Part shown: one piece after another, positions 33,406 to 42,203 of the stretch
Layout of the letters: every line of letters starts with the position of its first letter
How positions within the stretch are numbered: position 1 is the stretch's first letter
DNA from: a virus
Length of the DNA: 64,000 bases
Reading direction: 5' to 3' (one strand)
Virus record (IMG/VR): IMGVR_UViG_3300045988_174371
Span: 256,001-320,000 of that record
The notes under the pieces: model-generated
The model's input: only the letters and a program-made list of their open reading frames with translations
Database searches by the model: none
What the model was told of the DNA's origin: nothing
Position numbers and translations under genes: made by a program

Positions 33406-36400
33406 CTACTTGCGCTCGCCTAGCAGAATCTTCATGAAAGTGCGCTTCACAAAGACAGTGTTCATCTGGTTATACATGTCGCCAGCTTCAAGCTTATATT
33501 CAATCTTCGGGTCTTTCTGCGCGTAAGCCCTCATCCCGATACCTTCCTTGAGGTAATCCAGCTCTGCGAGGTGTGCAATCCACTCCTCATCAATTGCGGT
33601 CAATGCGGCAAGTCGAGCCGTCGTCGCGGCAAGGTCACGCGCCACCTCAACCCGCATGTCCCACTGTTGCTCGGCGGCTGACACAAGCTCCCTCACCAAC
33701 ACTTCCTGCGTCAGCTCAGTAGCCGTCGGGTACTCCTCCAACAAGTCCTTAGGACTAATCGAAGGCTTCCAATCCAGCTCCTCGTAAAGGTGCTTCCAGA
33801 GCCCCTGCAAGTCCCAGTCATCCAAATGCTGACCATTATCTGCAAGCCACTGCTCTACGGCAACCGTAACGGCTCCTTCCAAGAACCATAGGGTCTGGTC
33901 TAGAGTGAAGTCAGTATCACCATGCAAGAGCTTCTTGCGTTCTGAGTACGTCTTCTCACGCTGTTTCGTGAGTACGTCATCATATTCCAGAGTGCTCTTG
34001 CGCCCTTCCCTGTGCCTGCCATCAATTGCCGCCTGTGCATTCTCAATGGCTTTGGAGAGAACCTTGCCGGAAAGCGGCATGTCAGGGGACTTCGCCATAA
34101 CGCGCCTAATTCCTTCCACCTGTCGCGGGCTGTAAAAGCGTAGCAATTCATCGTCAAGAGAGAGGAAGAACTTACTGCGCCCTGGGTCTCCCTGCCTGCC
34201 GGAACGACCAATAAGCTGGTTGTCGATACGGCGGGAATCGTGCCTTGCGGTACCTATCACATACAAGCCGCCAAGCTCACGTACAAGCTCAGCTTCCTGC
34301 GCCACCTTCTTATCCATGATGGGCTGGATTGCCTGCCGCTGTTCTTCGTAAGCCGTGGGCGTATGCTCAGGGGTTAGCCCCATAATTTGCATCTGCTCTT
34401 CAACTAGCATGTCCGCGCTACCACCCAGTAGAATATCGGTGCCTCGACCTGCCATGTTGGTAGATACGGTGACGGCTCCCAGGCGACCTGCTTGGGCGAT
34501 AATGTGGGCTTCCTGCTCCACGTGTTTTGCGTTCAGGACGTTGTGGTTAATACCAGCGGCGGTTAGCATCCTGGAAAGCTTCTCGGAAGCTGAAACGCTG
34601 GTTGTGCCGATAAGGATAGGCTGTACCATGCGGCGCTTCTCACCATCAGGTGTCGTATAGAACTCGTCAGTGTCCTCATGAAGGGCTTTAATCTCCTGCA
34701 CAACAGCCTGGAACTTCTTAGCCTCAGAAATGTATATTTCATCTGCCAAGTCCACACGTTGCTTCTCCTTGTTCGGGGGAATAGTGCGGACAGCCAGGTT
34801 GTAGGTTGCCGCAAGCTCCGCCGCCTCAGAAGCCGCTGTACCAGTCATCCCAGACATCTTCTCGTAAAGTCGGAAGAAGTTCTGAAGGGTGATGGTCGCT
34901 ACTGTCGGGTTCTCAGGCTGAATCTGAACCTGCATATTGCCGTTACGTCGCTCTTTCGCTTCAAGTGCCTGGTGTAGACCATGACTGTAGCGGCGACCTT
35001 CCATCGCGCGCCCAGTGTGCTCATCGACAATCATCACTTCAGCACCCTGAATAATATAGTCCTTACCCAGAGTGTAGAGAGTTTCCGCTTTGAGGGCGGC
35101 GTTGAGGAAGGTGAGCAATTCGCTGTGGGTGCTAAAAATTGCGTTCTCTTTACCCCCAAGCTGGTTCTCTATCTCGTCGTAACCTGCGTCAAGGAACTCT
35201 GCTGTACGCTTCTTCAAGTCGAAAACGTAATGAACATCCGGCTTGAGGCTACCAACAATACTGGCACTAGCAGTAAACCATTTCTCGGCGGTTGCCGCGT
35301 CTCCTGCCGGGGCGGAGATGATAAGCGGAGTACCTGCCTCATCAATAAGGATTGAATCCAGCTCGTCAATGATGACGTAGTTCAGCTCACGTTGGACAAG
35401 CTCGTTAGGGCTCTTAGCGATATTGTCTCGCAGGTAATCAAAGCCAAACTGGTTATTCGTGCCATACACAATGTCGCGCGCATAGATGCCCTGCCGTTCC
35501 TCAGGCGACATCTGCTCCTGAATAGCCCCATGAGTGAGTCCCAGGAAAGAATAGACGCGACCCATCTGCTCCTCCTGCTCACGGGCAAGGTAGTCATTAG
35601 TGGTCACAAGGTGAGCACCTTTGCCAGTCAAGGCATTAAGGTACATTGGGGCTACCGCCGTAAGCGTGTTATGGGTGACGATATGGTCACCCGCGAGGAA
35701 CAGATGAGTGGGGTGGGTGACAGTGAAGCAAACCTGCTCAGCTGACCTACCTAGGTTCTCTACAGCAATAATACCCACCTTGCTCTTAGGCTTCTTATTG
35801 ATGTCTACAGCCCAAGCCAGTACACCTGATGAGGGATAGACGCAGGCGTGCCACCCCATAGAGCGCGCGACCCATGCAATAGAGTCCGCCGCCGCCTCAG
35901 ACCAGGCGAGCGCAGTCAGCTTATTGGACTCCTGACGGACAGCCAAATGCTTCATAAGGAGCGCAATCTGTTTCTCTGACCCTGAAAGATGATGGGAGCC
36001 GAAAGGCATCGCTGGGTAGATGGTGTTAGCCAGAATATCGTTCAGGTTACAGTCATCCGGCAAAGCCTGCAAAGCGGTGATGTTTACCTGGTAGTGGGTA
36101 CAGCTATTGTCGTAATCCGTGGTTTCAATAATAGCCCCTTCATCGATAAGCTCGCGCAGTTTCGTCCAAGCGGGGCTAGAATCGCCTGTATGCTGGTTTC
36201 TGGAGTAGCCTAGGTAAATAGAGGTGAAGGTCGTTGAGGGGTCTAGAATGGACGATACATGCCCTGACGTTGGCATTTTAGAGGCAGTTGCACCCTGCAT
36301 GGGAATGAAAAGCCTCTCGCCTGCATCCAATCGCTCAATAATCTCACCCGTGGTGACAGTCTCATACGAGTTGTACTTACCACGTACATCCCATAGGTGC

Positions 36401-36909
36401 TCCAGGTTACAGTCAATAAACCTGCCGTCTTCAAAGTGGACACGGTAGACCTGCTGAGAGCCCTGCGGGAACACCCCACTAACCACAGTGAGCTCACCCG
36501 AACCAGCATAGATAGTGTCACCCACGCTAATCTCCCCCGCCGGGATAGCGCCCTCAGGGGTGGGGATGAGCGTATCAGTAGTAACCGCCTTGCCTTCACC
36601 AGTGCCCATTTCTGCGACCTGCCCGAAATGCAGAGCAATTCCACCTAGGAGCTGTACAGGGTACTGCTTCTTGCCAAGAACACGGTTAGATGCTTCGCGA
36701 GCGACGGCAAACGCCTCAGGAAGAAGGATGTCTAGGCTTTCGCCTGCGGTGACCCTATCTTTAAAATCGTCAGTCTGAGAACGCAACTCAGCATCAGACA
36801 TCTCCTCATACACTGGCTCTAGGTCTAGGATGGCTTTCACTAGCTCCTGGGCGCGCTTCTCTTCACGGCGCTCACCAAAACGCAAAGCCTTCTCAATAGG
36901 ATTAACCAA
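33406..36909 (-). CDS. secA: SecA preprotein translocase ATPase, interrupted by an intein
   Basis: SecA motifs MGTGEGK[intein]TLTAVAPMYLNALTGKGAHLVTTNDYLA, IIDELDSILIDEAGTPLIIS, SGMTGTA, TNMAGRGTDI, GGLYVIGTARHDSRRIDNQLIGRSGRQGDPG, AYAQKDPKIEYK. TTG start with GGAAGGGA upstream. The protein ends about 40 aa after the AYAQKDP motif, with no Cys-rich C-terminal tail. Confidence 0.9.
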   Translation of the reverse strand: MVNPIEKALRFGERREEKRAQELVKAILDLEPVYEEMSDAELRSQTDDFKDRVTAGESLDILLPEAFAVAREASNRVLGKKQYPVQLLGGIALHFGQVAEMGTGEGKAVTTDTLIPTPEGAIPAGEISVGDTIYAGSGELTVVSGVFPQGSQQVYRVHFEDGRFIDCNLEHLWDVRGKYNSYETVTTGEIIERLDAGERLFIPMQGATASKMPTSGHVSSILDPSTTFTSIYLGYSRNQHTGDSSPAWTKLRELIDEGAIIETTDYDNSCTHYQVNITALQALPDDCNLNDILANTIYPAMPFGSHHLSGSEKQIALLMKHLAVRQESNKLTALAWSEAAADSIAWVARSMGWHACVYPSSGVLAWAVDINKKPKSKVGIIAVENLGRSAEQVCFTVTHPTHLFLAGDHIVTHNTLTAVAPMYLNALTGKGAHLVTTNDYLAREQEEQMGRVYSFLGLTHGAIQEQMSPEERQGIYARDIVYGTNNQFGFDYLRDNIAKSPNELVQRELNYVIIDELDSILIDEAGTPLIISAPAGDAATAEKWFTASASIVGSLKPDVHYVFDLKKRTAEFLDAGYDEIENQLGGKENAIFSTHSELLTFLNAALKAETLYTLGKDYIIQGAEVMIVDEHTGRAMEGRRYSHGLHQALEAKERRNGNMQVQIQPENPTVATITLQNFFRLYEKMSGMTGTAASEAAELAATYNLAVRTIPPNKEKQRVDLADEIYISEAKKFQAVVQEIKALHEDTDEFYTTPDGEKRRMVQPILIGTTSVSASEKLSRMLTAAGINHNVLNAKHVEQEAHIIAQAGRLGAVTVSTNMAGRGTDILLGGSADMLVEEQMQIMGLTPEHTPTAYEEQRQAIQPIMDKKVAQEAELVRELGGLYVIGTARHDSRRIDNQLIGRSGRQGDPGRSKFFLSLDDELLRFYSPRQVEGIRRVMAKSPDMPLSGKVLSKAIENAQAAIDGRHREGRKSTLEYDDVLTKQREKTYSERKKLLHGDTDFTLDQTLWFLEGAVTVAVEQWLADNGQHLDDWDLQGLWKHLYEELDWKPSISPKDLLEEYPTATELTQEVLVRELVSAAEQQWDMRVEVARDLAATTARLAALTAIDEEWIAHLAELDYLKEGIGMRAYAQKDPKIEYKLEAGDMYNQMNTVFVKRTFMKILLGERK
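35668..36588 (-). mobile_element. 307-codon intein in the SecA Walker A loop (class-3-like: Ala1, Trp-Cys-Thr triad, terminal HN, +1 Thr)
   Basis: Extein junctions GEGK|AVTTDTL... and ...LFLAGDHIVTHN|TLTAV. Excision restores the canonical GEGKTLTA. Block B is NLEHLW, block F is VCFTV, block G is VTHN. The central ~180 aa may be a decayed homing-endonuclease domain. Confidence 0.8.
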
Positions 36910-36962
36910 TGACGTAAGTCCCTTCCAAAATCATTGCGGTGTTTCCTGCATGTAACTAACCC

Positions 36963-36971
36963 ATTGTACCA
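36963..36971 (-). promoter_or_regulatory. Candidate extended -10 element TGGTACAAT upstream of secA
   Basis: Minus strand reads GTTTGGTACAATGGG, about 55 nt upstream of the secA TTG. Confidence 0.4.
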
Positions 36972-37059
36972 AACTTCCAGAATGAATATATCCCCGAAAT
37001 AAGGGGTTGTTCAGCTATGAGTATAGGAGATTCCCTGTAAGACCAACCTCTAGGTAATA

Positions 37060-37440
37060 ATGATTCGAACTCTCCTTCACAAACTTAACCTGCCCGCCAG
37101 TGAGCTAACCCTGATGACCCTTGGGGCTGTCGCATACATTATTGCCGCCGCATGGCTATCGGTACAGCTGGAAAACCCCGTACTGCCGCTCCTGGCGCTC
37201 GTTGCTGTAGGGGTTACTCTGAGGCAGACACTCAAGGCAGATGATAGCTACATATTCATGCTCATACTTACCTTCTCCGCTTATGGTGGGGTGTCGCTGT
37301 TTGCGGCGGCGGATGGAGCGCGTCGCGGCGACCCGTTCGGCGCGGTTGCAGTGCTTCTTGGTGGCGCTCTTATCCAAGCCGCCGGTAACGCTGTCGCAAC
37401 CCACCCCATGAGCACAGGACACGCTGACCACTCCGAGTAG
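37060..37440 (+). CDS. Small integral membrane protein (about 4 TM)
   Basis: 126-aa ORF with hydrophobic segments LMTLGAVAYIIAAAWL, LPLLALVAVGV, IFMLILTFSAYGGVSLFAAA and AVAVLLGGALIQAAG, followed by a strong terminator. Confidence 0.5.
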   Translation: MIRTLLHKLNLPASELTLMTLGAVAYIIAAAWLSVQLENPVLPLLALVAVGVTLRQTLKADDSYIFMLILTFSAYGGVSLFAAADGARRGDPFGAVAVLLGGALIQAAGNAVATHPMSTGHADHSE

Positions 37441-37442
37441 CA

Positions 37443-37492
37443 ATAAGAAGGGAGCCCCTAAAGAATTATCTCTTTAGGGGCTCCCTTCTTAT
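37443..37492. terminator. 22-bp perfect stem-loop shared by the + membrane gene and the - tRNA-Ser
   Basis: ataagaagggagcccctaaaga (37443..37464) pairs with tctttaggggctcccttcttat (37471..37492) across a 6-nt loop. It abuts the tRNA-Ser CCA end. Confidence 0.8.
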
Positions 37493-37584
37493 TGGCGGTG
37501 CCGACAGGATTCGAACCTGCGAGCGCCTTTTACAGCGCTACCTCATTAGCAGTGAGGCTCTTTAAACCACTCAGACACGGCACC
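37493..37584 (-). tRNA. tRNA-Ser (anticodon GCU), CCA encoded
   Basis: Acceptor GGTGCCG/CGGCACC, G73, encoded CCA. Anticodon arm CCTCA-CTGCTAA-TGAGG. Long variable arm. T-arm GCAGG-TTCGAAT-CCTGT. Confidence 0.9.
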
Positions 37585-37662
37585 AGGCGAAGGTAACTGC
37601 TACCCAGCTACCAACACATTATTCAGTATAGCAGAGTATTGCTACATCTGCAAGTATTGCCA

Positions 37663-38103
37663 TCACGACGGTGAATGCATCAGTATGTTATCTGCAATCG
37701 CATCAGCCAAGCCAGCGTACTCGACTGACAGGGTAAGCAGACCTGCATCATAGAGTACCTTCTCAGGGTTCTCCAAAGCGCCGAAGCTTTGCAGGTCTTC
37801 ATCGGGAACACTGAACCTATCCACACCCTCTTCCAGACCAGGGATGGCGACAGCATTAAGAGCTGACTCTGCGCGAGTATACCACTTGCGAATATCCGCT
37901 TCATTAAGTTCGGCTACCTGGGTGGCGACACTAATCGCTCGCTCCAGCTCTTTAAAAAGCTTGTCCATGTTGGTTTGGAGAAGCTGTTCCTTGATGAACA
38001 GAATGGTATCGCGGTCAATGTTGGAGGTAAGCTCTCGCACGTCCTGCATGGGCTGGAATACGTTTGTGAGGGGTGAATCTGCGAGCTCAAAGACAGTAGT
38101 CAT
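37663..38103 (-). CDS. Small acidic hypothetical protein (146 aa)
   Basis: ORF between tRNA-Ser and the next small gene, with protein-like composition. No motif recognised. Confidence 0.45.
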   Translation of the reverse strand: MTTVFELADSPLTNVFQPMQDVRELTSNIDRDTILFIKEQLLQTNMDKLFKELERAISVATQVAELNEADIRKWYTRAESALNAVAIPGLEEGVDRFSVPDEDLQSFGALENPEKVLYDAGLLTLSVEYAGLADAIADNILMHSPS

Positions 38104-38126
38104 GGTGTTCCTTATGATTTGGCAAA

Positions 38127-38516
38127 CTATGCTTTCAACGCCTCTTCCCAGCTAGTAAGCTGAGTGTTCAGGTCTTCGCCCGCGTAACCTTCCATGATGT
38201 CCATGAATGATTCAGCGGGGACGGGGACAATCTTCTTATCCAAGTCGTATACCGAAGAGTATACCACATTTTCTGGCGGCTGACCAGTGGCTCTGATGAT
38301 GACCGCTACACCTGACATGCTGGCGACGCTAGTCACATAAGGTGAAACGACATAATCGTCCGCTAGTGCCACTCCGACGGCATCCTGAATGTACTTGTCG
38401 AGCTTCGAGCTACTATCGCTCGTGAACGCAACGTTAATCTCAGGAGTAATAGCGGCGGGGTCGAGGTTGCGGGTGGATACAGTGCAGATAGCCTTCTTGA
38501 AATGAGTGTCACTCAT
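38127..38516 (-). CDS. Small hypothetical protein (129 aa)
   Basis: GAAAGGAAAG upstream of the ATG at 38516 (track start 38531). No motif recognised. Confidence 0.45.
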   Translation of the reverse strand: MSDTHFKKAICTVSTRNLDPAAITPEINVAFTSDSSSKLDKYIQDAVGVALADDYVVSPYVTSVASMSGVAVIIRATGQPPENVVYSSVYDLDKKIVPVPAESFMDIMEGYAGEDLNTQLTSWEEALKA

Positions 38517-38603
38517 TATCTTTCCTTTCACAAAGAGGTTACCGCAGGTAAGAAGAGAAAGGGTCTCTTGGTACCTGCGGTAACATGAACTTATATTCTA
38601 GCG

Positions 38604-38674
38604 AGCGGCTGACGGGAATCGAACCCGCGTATCAGGCTTGGGAAGCGTGCGCTCTACCATTGAGCTACAGCCGC
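38604..38674 (-). tRNA. tRNA-Gly (anticodon CCC)
   Basis: GCGGCTG TAGCTCAATGGTAGAGC ... TTCCCAA ... GCGGGTTCGATTCCCGT CAGCCGC with discriminator U. One C-C mismatch in the anticodon stem. No encoded CCA. Confidence 0.85.
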
Positions 38675-38718
38675 ATTGATAGAATCAACTATAGCACACC
38701 CAAAAAGAAGATGCAAAC

Positions 38719-39984
38719 CTACTTCTTTAAATGCCCCATAAGGCACCCACCAACTAGGAATGCGAGGCGCGGAGGAACAGCATTGCCAACCTGCCGATAC
38801 TGAGCTGTAACACCGCCCTCAAAACGCCAATCATCAGGGAAAGTCTGAACCCTAGCCGCCTCACGAACCGTCAATGGGCGTGTCTCCGTAGGGTGGCAAC
38901 GCTCAGTTCGCCTTTGTGCCGGGGATGCAAGAATTGTGAGACTAGGCTCACCCCAAGCTAGACGCTTAGCTGTCCCTGAGTATGAGCCGTCTACACCGCC
39001 CTTGCCGTTAGTTAGCTCACGCTGTAGCTCTTCTGGCAAGTCCTTCCAGTTGCCGCCCTCAGGAACTTGCCGCATAATTTCATATTTTGCGGGGCTGTAG
39101 GTTACACCCGCCGATTCAGGAACCCCTTCTAGCGCGCTTCTGAGAGGGACAACGCCGCTCTCATATTCGGGAAAAGTGAAACCTGATGGGTTGAGCTGGT
39201 CGTCTCTGATGCCAACAATGATGAGCCTATCACGCTTCTGTGGGATACCCAACCAGTGACTTTTAAGCACCTCGTAATGTATGACGTACTTATGACCTTG
39301 GGGAGTCTCTGCTTCCAGTGCCTCCTTAATGGTTGCCCATGTACGTCCCTTATCGTTAGTCAGCAGTCCGGGGACGTTCTCGGCAATAAATGCCTTTGGC
39401 TCTATCTCGTGGACTGCGCGTAAGTAGTGGTGAAAAAGTGTTCCGCGCGTGTCCGCAAAACCAGCCCTACCCCCGGCGTAGCTGAATGGCTGGCATGGGA
39501 ACCCGCCTTCCAATACGTCTATGCGCCCGCGAAGATGAGTGAAGTCTGTCTGAGTTATATCTGCCTGCGCCACGTCCCAGTGTGGGCGGTTTGCCTGCAA
39601 TGTGGCAGATGCCGCTTTATCCAGTTCGTAACACCCGCTAATGCTGTAGCCCGCTTTCTCTAACCCTAATGCGGAGCCGCCCGCCCCTGCAAAGAGCGAG
39701 CACGCCGTAAAACCATTCACAGGCTCTTGGGGAAGAACTGAGTCGATGTACCTGCGTTTACCCGTTTTCAATTGAGCGTATGAGTTTGCAGAGATTACTT
39801 TTACTCGCTCACCCTCGATAACCTTAGTTTCGGTTACCTTCAGAAGGTCTTTCAGGACTAGGCGGTGGAGCTTCCTCTGCGTCTCGGCAGAGCCTATATC
39901 CAAAGCAATGTTGGGTGGAAGTAGCGCATCAAGGATGTATCGAGTCATACCTATAAAATAGCGGCACAACCCCATTGCAGGCAC
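38719..39984 (-). CDS. DNA (cytosine-5) methyltransferase, no recognisable restriction partner
   Basis: Motif I FAGAGGSALG, motif IV GGFPCQPFS, motif VI ENVPGLL, motifs IX/X TVREAARVQTFPDDW ... QVGNAVPP. The true start may be the ATG at 39948. Confidence 0.85.
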   Translation of the reverse strand: MPAMGLCRYFIGMTRYILDALLPPNIALDIGSAETQRKLHRLVLKDLLKVTETKVIEGERVKVISANSYAQLKTGKRRYIDSVLPQEPVNGFTACSLFAGAGGSALGLEKAGYSISGCYELDKAASATLQANRPHWDVAQADITQTDFTHLRGRIDVLEGGFPCQPFSYAGGRAGFADTRGTLFHHYLRAVHEIEPKAFIAENVPGLLTNDKGRTWATIKEALEAETPQGHKYVIHYEVLKSHWLGIPQKRDRLIIVGIRDDQLNPSGFTFPEYESGVVPLRSALEGVPESAGVTYSPAKYEIMRQVPEGGNWKDLPEELQRELTNGKGGVDGSYSGTAKRLAWGEPSLTILASPAQRRTERCHPTETRPLTVREAARVQTFPDDWRFEGGVTAQYRQVGNAVPPRLAFLVGGCLMGHLKK

Positions 39985-40032
39985 AACAAAGCCCGCCCCT
40001 CTACTAGCGAGAAGGAGCGGGCTTTAACGGTG

Positions 40033-40362
40033 TTAGCGCCTAATGACGGCGAGAGCCATTGCCGTTGCCGCATCATACAGTAGACGCGAAGTGAGCATAT
40101 AAGCAGGCACGGATACAGCCAAGCCTCCCAAAATCATAAAGGACGCAAGATAAGGGGACATAGCCACCAGCCCCATACCGCCGAGAGCATAAGTCGCAAA
40201 CACAATAATGTATGCGGAAATGAGGACAATCGCCGCAATTGCAACCACACCCACAATATCCTTACCAAGGCACTTGAAGAAACCCTTCAAAGTATCGGTC
40301 GGGTAAGGCTTAAATGCGAGGCGGATAGGGATAGCTAGGGGGAAGTGAATGAGCGCTATCAT
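40033..40362 (-). CDS. Small membrane protein, possibly the 3' remnant of a gene interrupted by the TnpB element
   Basis: 109-aa ORF from the ATG at 40362. The same frame stays open and TM-like (ANVAVIVTLIGFYLAIISDILGW) for 48 further codons up to the tnpB stop at 40507, with no ATG/GTG/TTG in that stretch. Confidence 0.45.
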   Translation of the reverse strand: MIALIHFPLAIPIRLAFKPYPTDTLKGFFKCLGKDIVGVVAIAAIVLISAYIIVFATYALGGMGLVAMSPYLASFMILGGLAVSVPAYMLTSRLLYDAATAMALAVIRR

Positions 40363-40469
40363 GCCAGCGTAACGAGCAACCTCACCTGCAAGCTCCCATC
40401 CTGAAGCTCCCGTAGTAACACGCCACCCCAGGATGTCAGAAATGATAGCCAGATAGAAGCCGATTAGCG

Positions 40470-40700
40470 TGACGATAACGGCAACATTGGCGCAACGCCT
40501 AGCGTATCAATTTAGACTACATAACCTACATTCGCAGGTTACGTTGCCCAGATTGATAGCCGCCTGTTTGGTCTCCACGGCACCGTATGTGTCGCAGTCC
40601 GCTAGTACGCTGGTCATATTAACCCTAGCGGGGCTAAAAAGAGTTTTCACCCCCTTAGAGATGCGGTTCTTCCTCTTAGGAGTAGAAGCATTCTTAGTCC
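40470..40700 (-). ncRNA. Candidate omega (right-end) guide RNA scaffold overlapping the tnpB 3' end
   Basis: Minus-strand stem-loops CCGCTAG/CTAGCGG (40599..40631) and TAACCT/AGGTTA (40522..40541) lie within or just before the last codons of tnpB, where TnpB guide RNAs are normally encoded. Extent unknown. Confidence 0.3.
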
Positions 40701-42114
40701 TGTCGCGCCCTGGGTGCTTGAGGGATGCCCTAGCAACCGGAGTCTTAAGAGCCGCCTGTGGCTGTAGTGCGCGGTTCTTAGCACGAGTCTTCCTCGCCTT
40801 CTCCACCTTCGGCACGGCGCGGGCGGCAATATTAGCGGCGGCATTAACATCCCTACCCATGTCACCATGCTTGGAGCAAACGGAAACCTTGTGAGTAGGA
40901 TGAGTAATTTTCTCGCCGCACAGGTGGCAGACCTGCGACGTGTTAGCCGCGTTCACTGACACAACCCAGCCGCCATTCTGCGTGACGTAGTGGGTGAGCC
41001 ACTGGGTGAACGCGCCGCGATTCCAGCGCCCGTTCTGCATGGTGTTGCTAATCCAACCAAGGTCTTCCACAGCCACAACCGCATTGCCGTAGAAGTGCGA
41101 CAGGTAAGCAATTTCCTGCGCCGCAACAATCGCCAGCTCCCGTTTCTTCCTAGAAGCGGCTTCACGATGAAGTTGAGCCTCATCAATCGCACACATGTGC
41201 GCCTGGCGGTCATAAAGAAGCTTGTCTGCTTTCTTGTTGAGCGCTCGAACCTGACGCTCAGACGCTTTAATAGAGTTCCACAGGGAATGGACGCGCCGTG
41301 AGAGGGTGGTTTCATGAACCACACGCCCAGTGGTGGAGTTGCGAACCACAACAGTAGCATAATCATTGATACCAACATCCACACCGACAACGTAATCACC
41401 TGAGAACTGCACGATAGGGTTATCAGTAACAATCGTGAAAATGAAGATGGGGTGACCCTTTTCAACCTTGACCAGCGGCAAAGTCACTTTACCCTCAGTG
41501 AAACGCACGTTATCGAAATTAAAGATTAGCCGGCACCACTTGCCCCAAATAATCATTTTCAAGATGATTTCACCATTAACAACAGGGTCATTCTCGATGA
41601 CCGCGTACTGCTTATCTACCGCGCCAAGATTAATGTAGTCCTCGCCATACGACGGCGCAGAAGCGTTCACAGTGCGCTTCCAACCCTGCGAAACGTACTT
41701 ACTGCTCTCGCCGCTTGCCGCCGCAATACGCTCCTGCCAGGCGCGATATTCCGTCACCACGCGATGCCTAAACAGGCGCTCCTTGCGGGACCTGCCCGTC
41801 TTGAGTTTGATAGGCTCACCATTCTTATCTGTGAGTGGATTGCCATCCTCGCCTTTTTTATCAGGCACCAGAAAATCAGGCATAGTGACACCAGCCTGGC
41901 GACCAACCTCAGCAGGCGCAGTAGCAGTAGCGGGCGACAGCTCAGCACCTAGCACCTCATCGTTACGGACAGTATAGGTTGCGTAAGCTGAAAGGTTACG
42001 AACCTCAGATGCAAGCTCAGCCATGATGAGCCTAGTATCAAGTACCTCACCATCCAGGTCTAGGATGTGGGAAGGGCGCGCCACAAAAGCCCTATAGGTT
42101 TGGTTTCTTGCCAA
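40507..42114 (-). CDS. tnpB: TnpB-like RuvC/zinc-finger nuclease (IS200/IS605 accessory, OMEGA-type)
   Basis: RuvC-I VGVDVGINDYA, RuvC-II AVVAVEDLGWI, zinc finger CHLCGEKITHPTHKVSVCSKHG, RuvC-III DRDVNAAANIA. Start placed at the TTG at 42114, with AGGAGG 5 nt upstream (track start 42315). Confidence 0.8.
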   Translation of the reverse strand: MARNQTYRAFVARPSHILDLDGEVLDTRLIMAELASEVRNLSAYATYTVRNDEVLGAELSPATATAPAEVGRQAGVTMPDFLVPDKKGEDGNPLTDKNGEPIKLKTGRSRKERLFRHRVVTEYRAWQERIAAASGESSKYVSQGWKRTVNASAPSYGEDYINLGAVDKQYAVIENDPVVNGEIILKMIIWGKWCRLIFNFDNVRFTEGKVTLPLVKVEKGHPIFIFTIVTDNPIVQFSGDYVVGVDVGINDYATVVVRNSTTGRVVHETTLSRRVHSLWNSIKASERQVRALNKKADKLLYDRQAHMCAIDEAQLHREAASRKKRELAIVAAQEIAYLSHFYGNAVVAVEDLGWISNTMQNGRWNRGAFTQWLTHYVTQNGGWVVSVNAANTSQVCHLCGEKITHPTHKVSVCSKHGDMGRDVNAAANIAARAVPKVEKARKTRAKNRALQPQAALKTPVARASLKHPGRDRTKNASTPKRKNRISKGVKTLFSPARVNMTSVLADCDTYGAVETKQAAINLGNVTCECRLCSLN

Positions 42115-42162
42115 CGCACCCTCCTTTCTGGCATCCTTAGTTACTGTTAATCCATCTAATGT

Positions 42163-42203
42163 TACCAATATTACCAATATTAAATCATGGGCGCAATACC
42201 AAT
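42163..42203 (-). repeat. Three ATTGGTA direct repeats upstream of tnpB
   Basis: Plus-strand taccaat at 42163..42169, 42172..42178 and 42197..42203. The first two are part of a 9-bp tandem ttaccaata x2. Confidence 0.6.

Noticed and set aside
38719-40362. A restriction endonuclease partner for the C5 methyltransferase.
   Set aside because: The neighbouring ORFs are a small multi-TM fragment and small acidic proteins with no PD-(D/E)xK, HNH or GIY-YIG strings that I could see. The methyltransferase is therefore called an orphan MTase.
40469-40894. 141-aa plus-strand ORF overlapping the 3' end of tnpB.
   Set aside because: It is antisense to the conserved RuvC-III/zinc-finger region of TnpB. 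It has Ala/Leu/Arg-rich composition, no SD and no motif.
40489-42196. TTGCGCC on both flanks of the TnpB region (40489..40495 and 42190..42196), considered as a target-site duplication defining the element.
   Set aside because: The copies are 1701 nt apart, a multiple of 3. Joining the putative gene halves needs a length of 1 mod 3, so excision at these sites would not restore the frame. IS200/IS605-type elements also do not generate target duplications. The match is probably a chance 7-mer.
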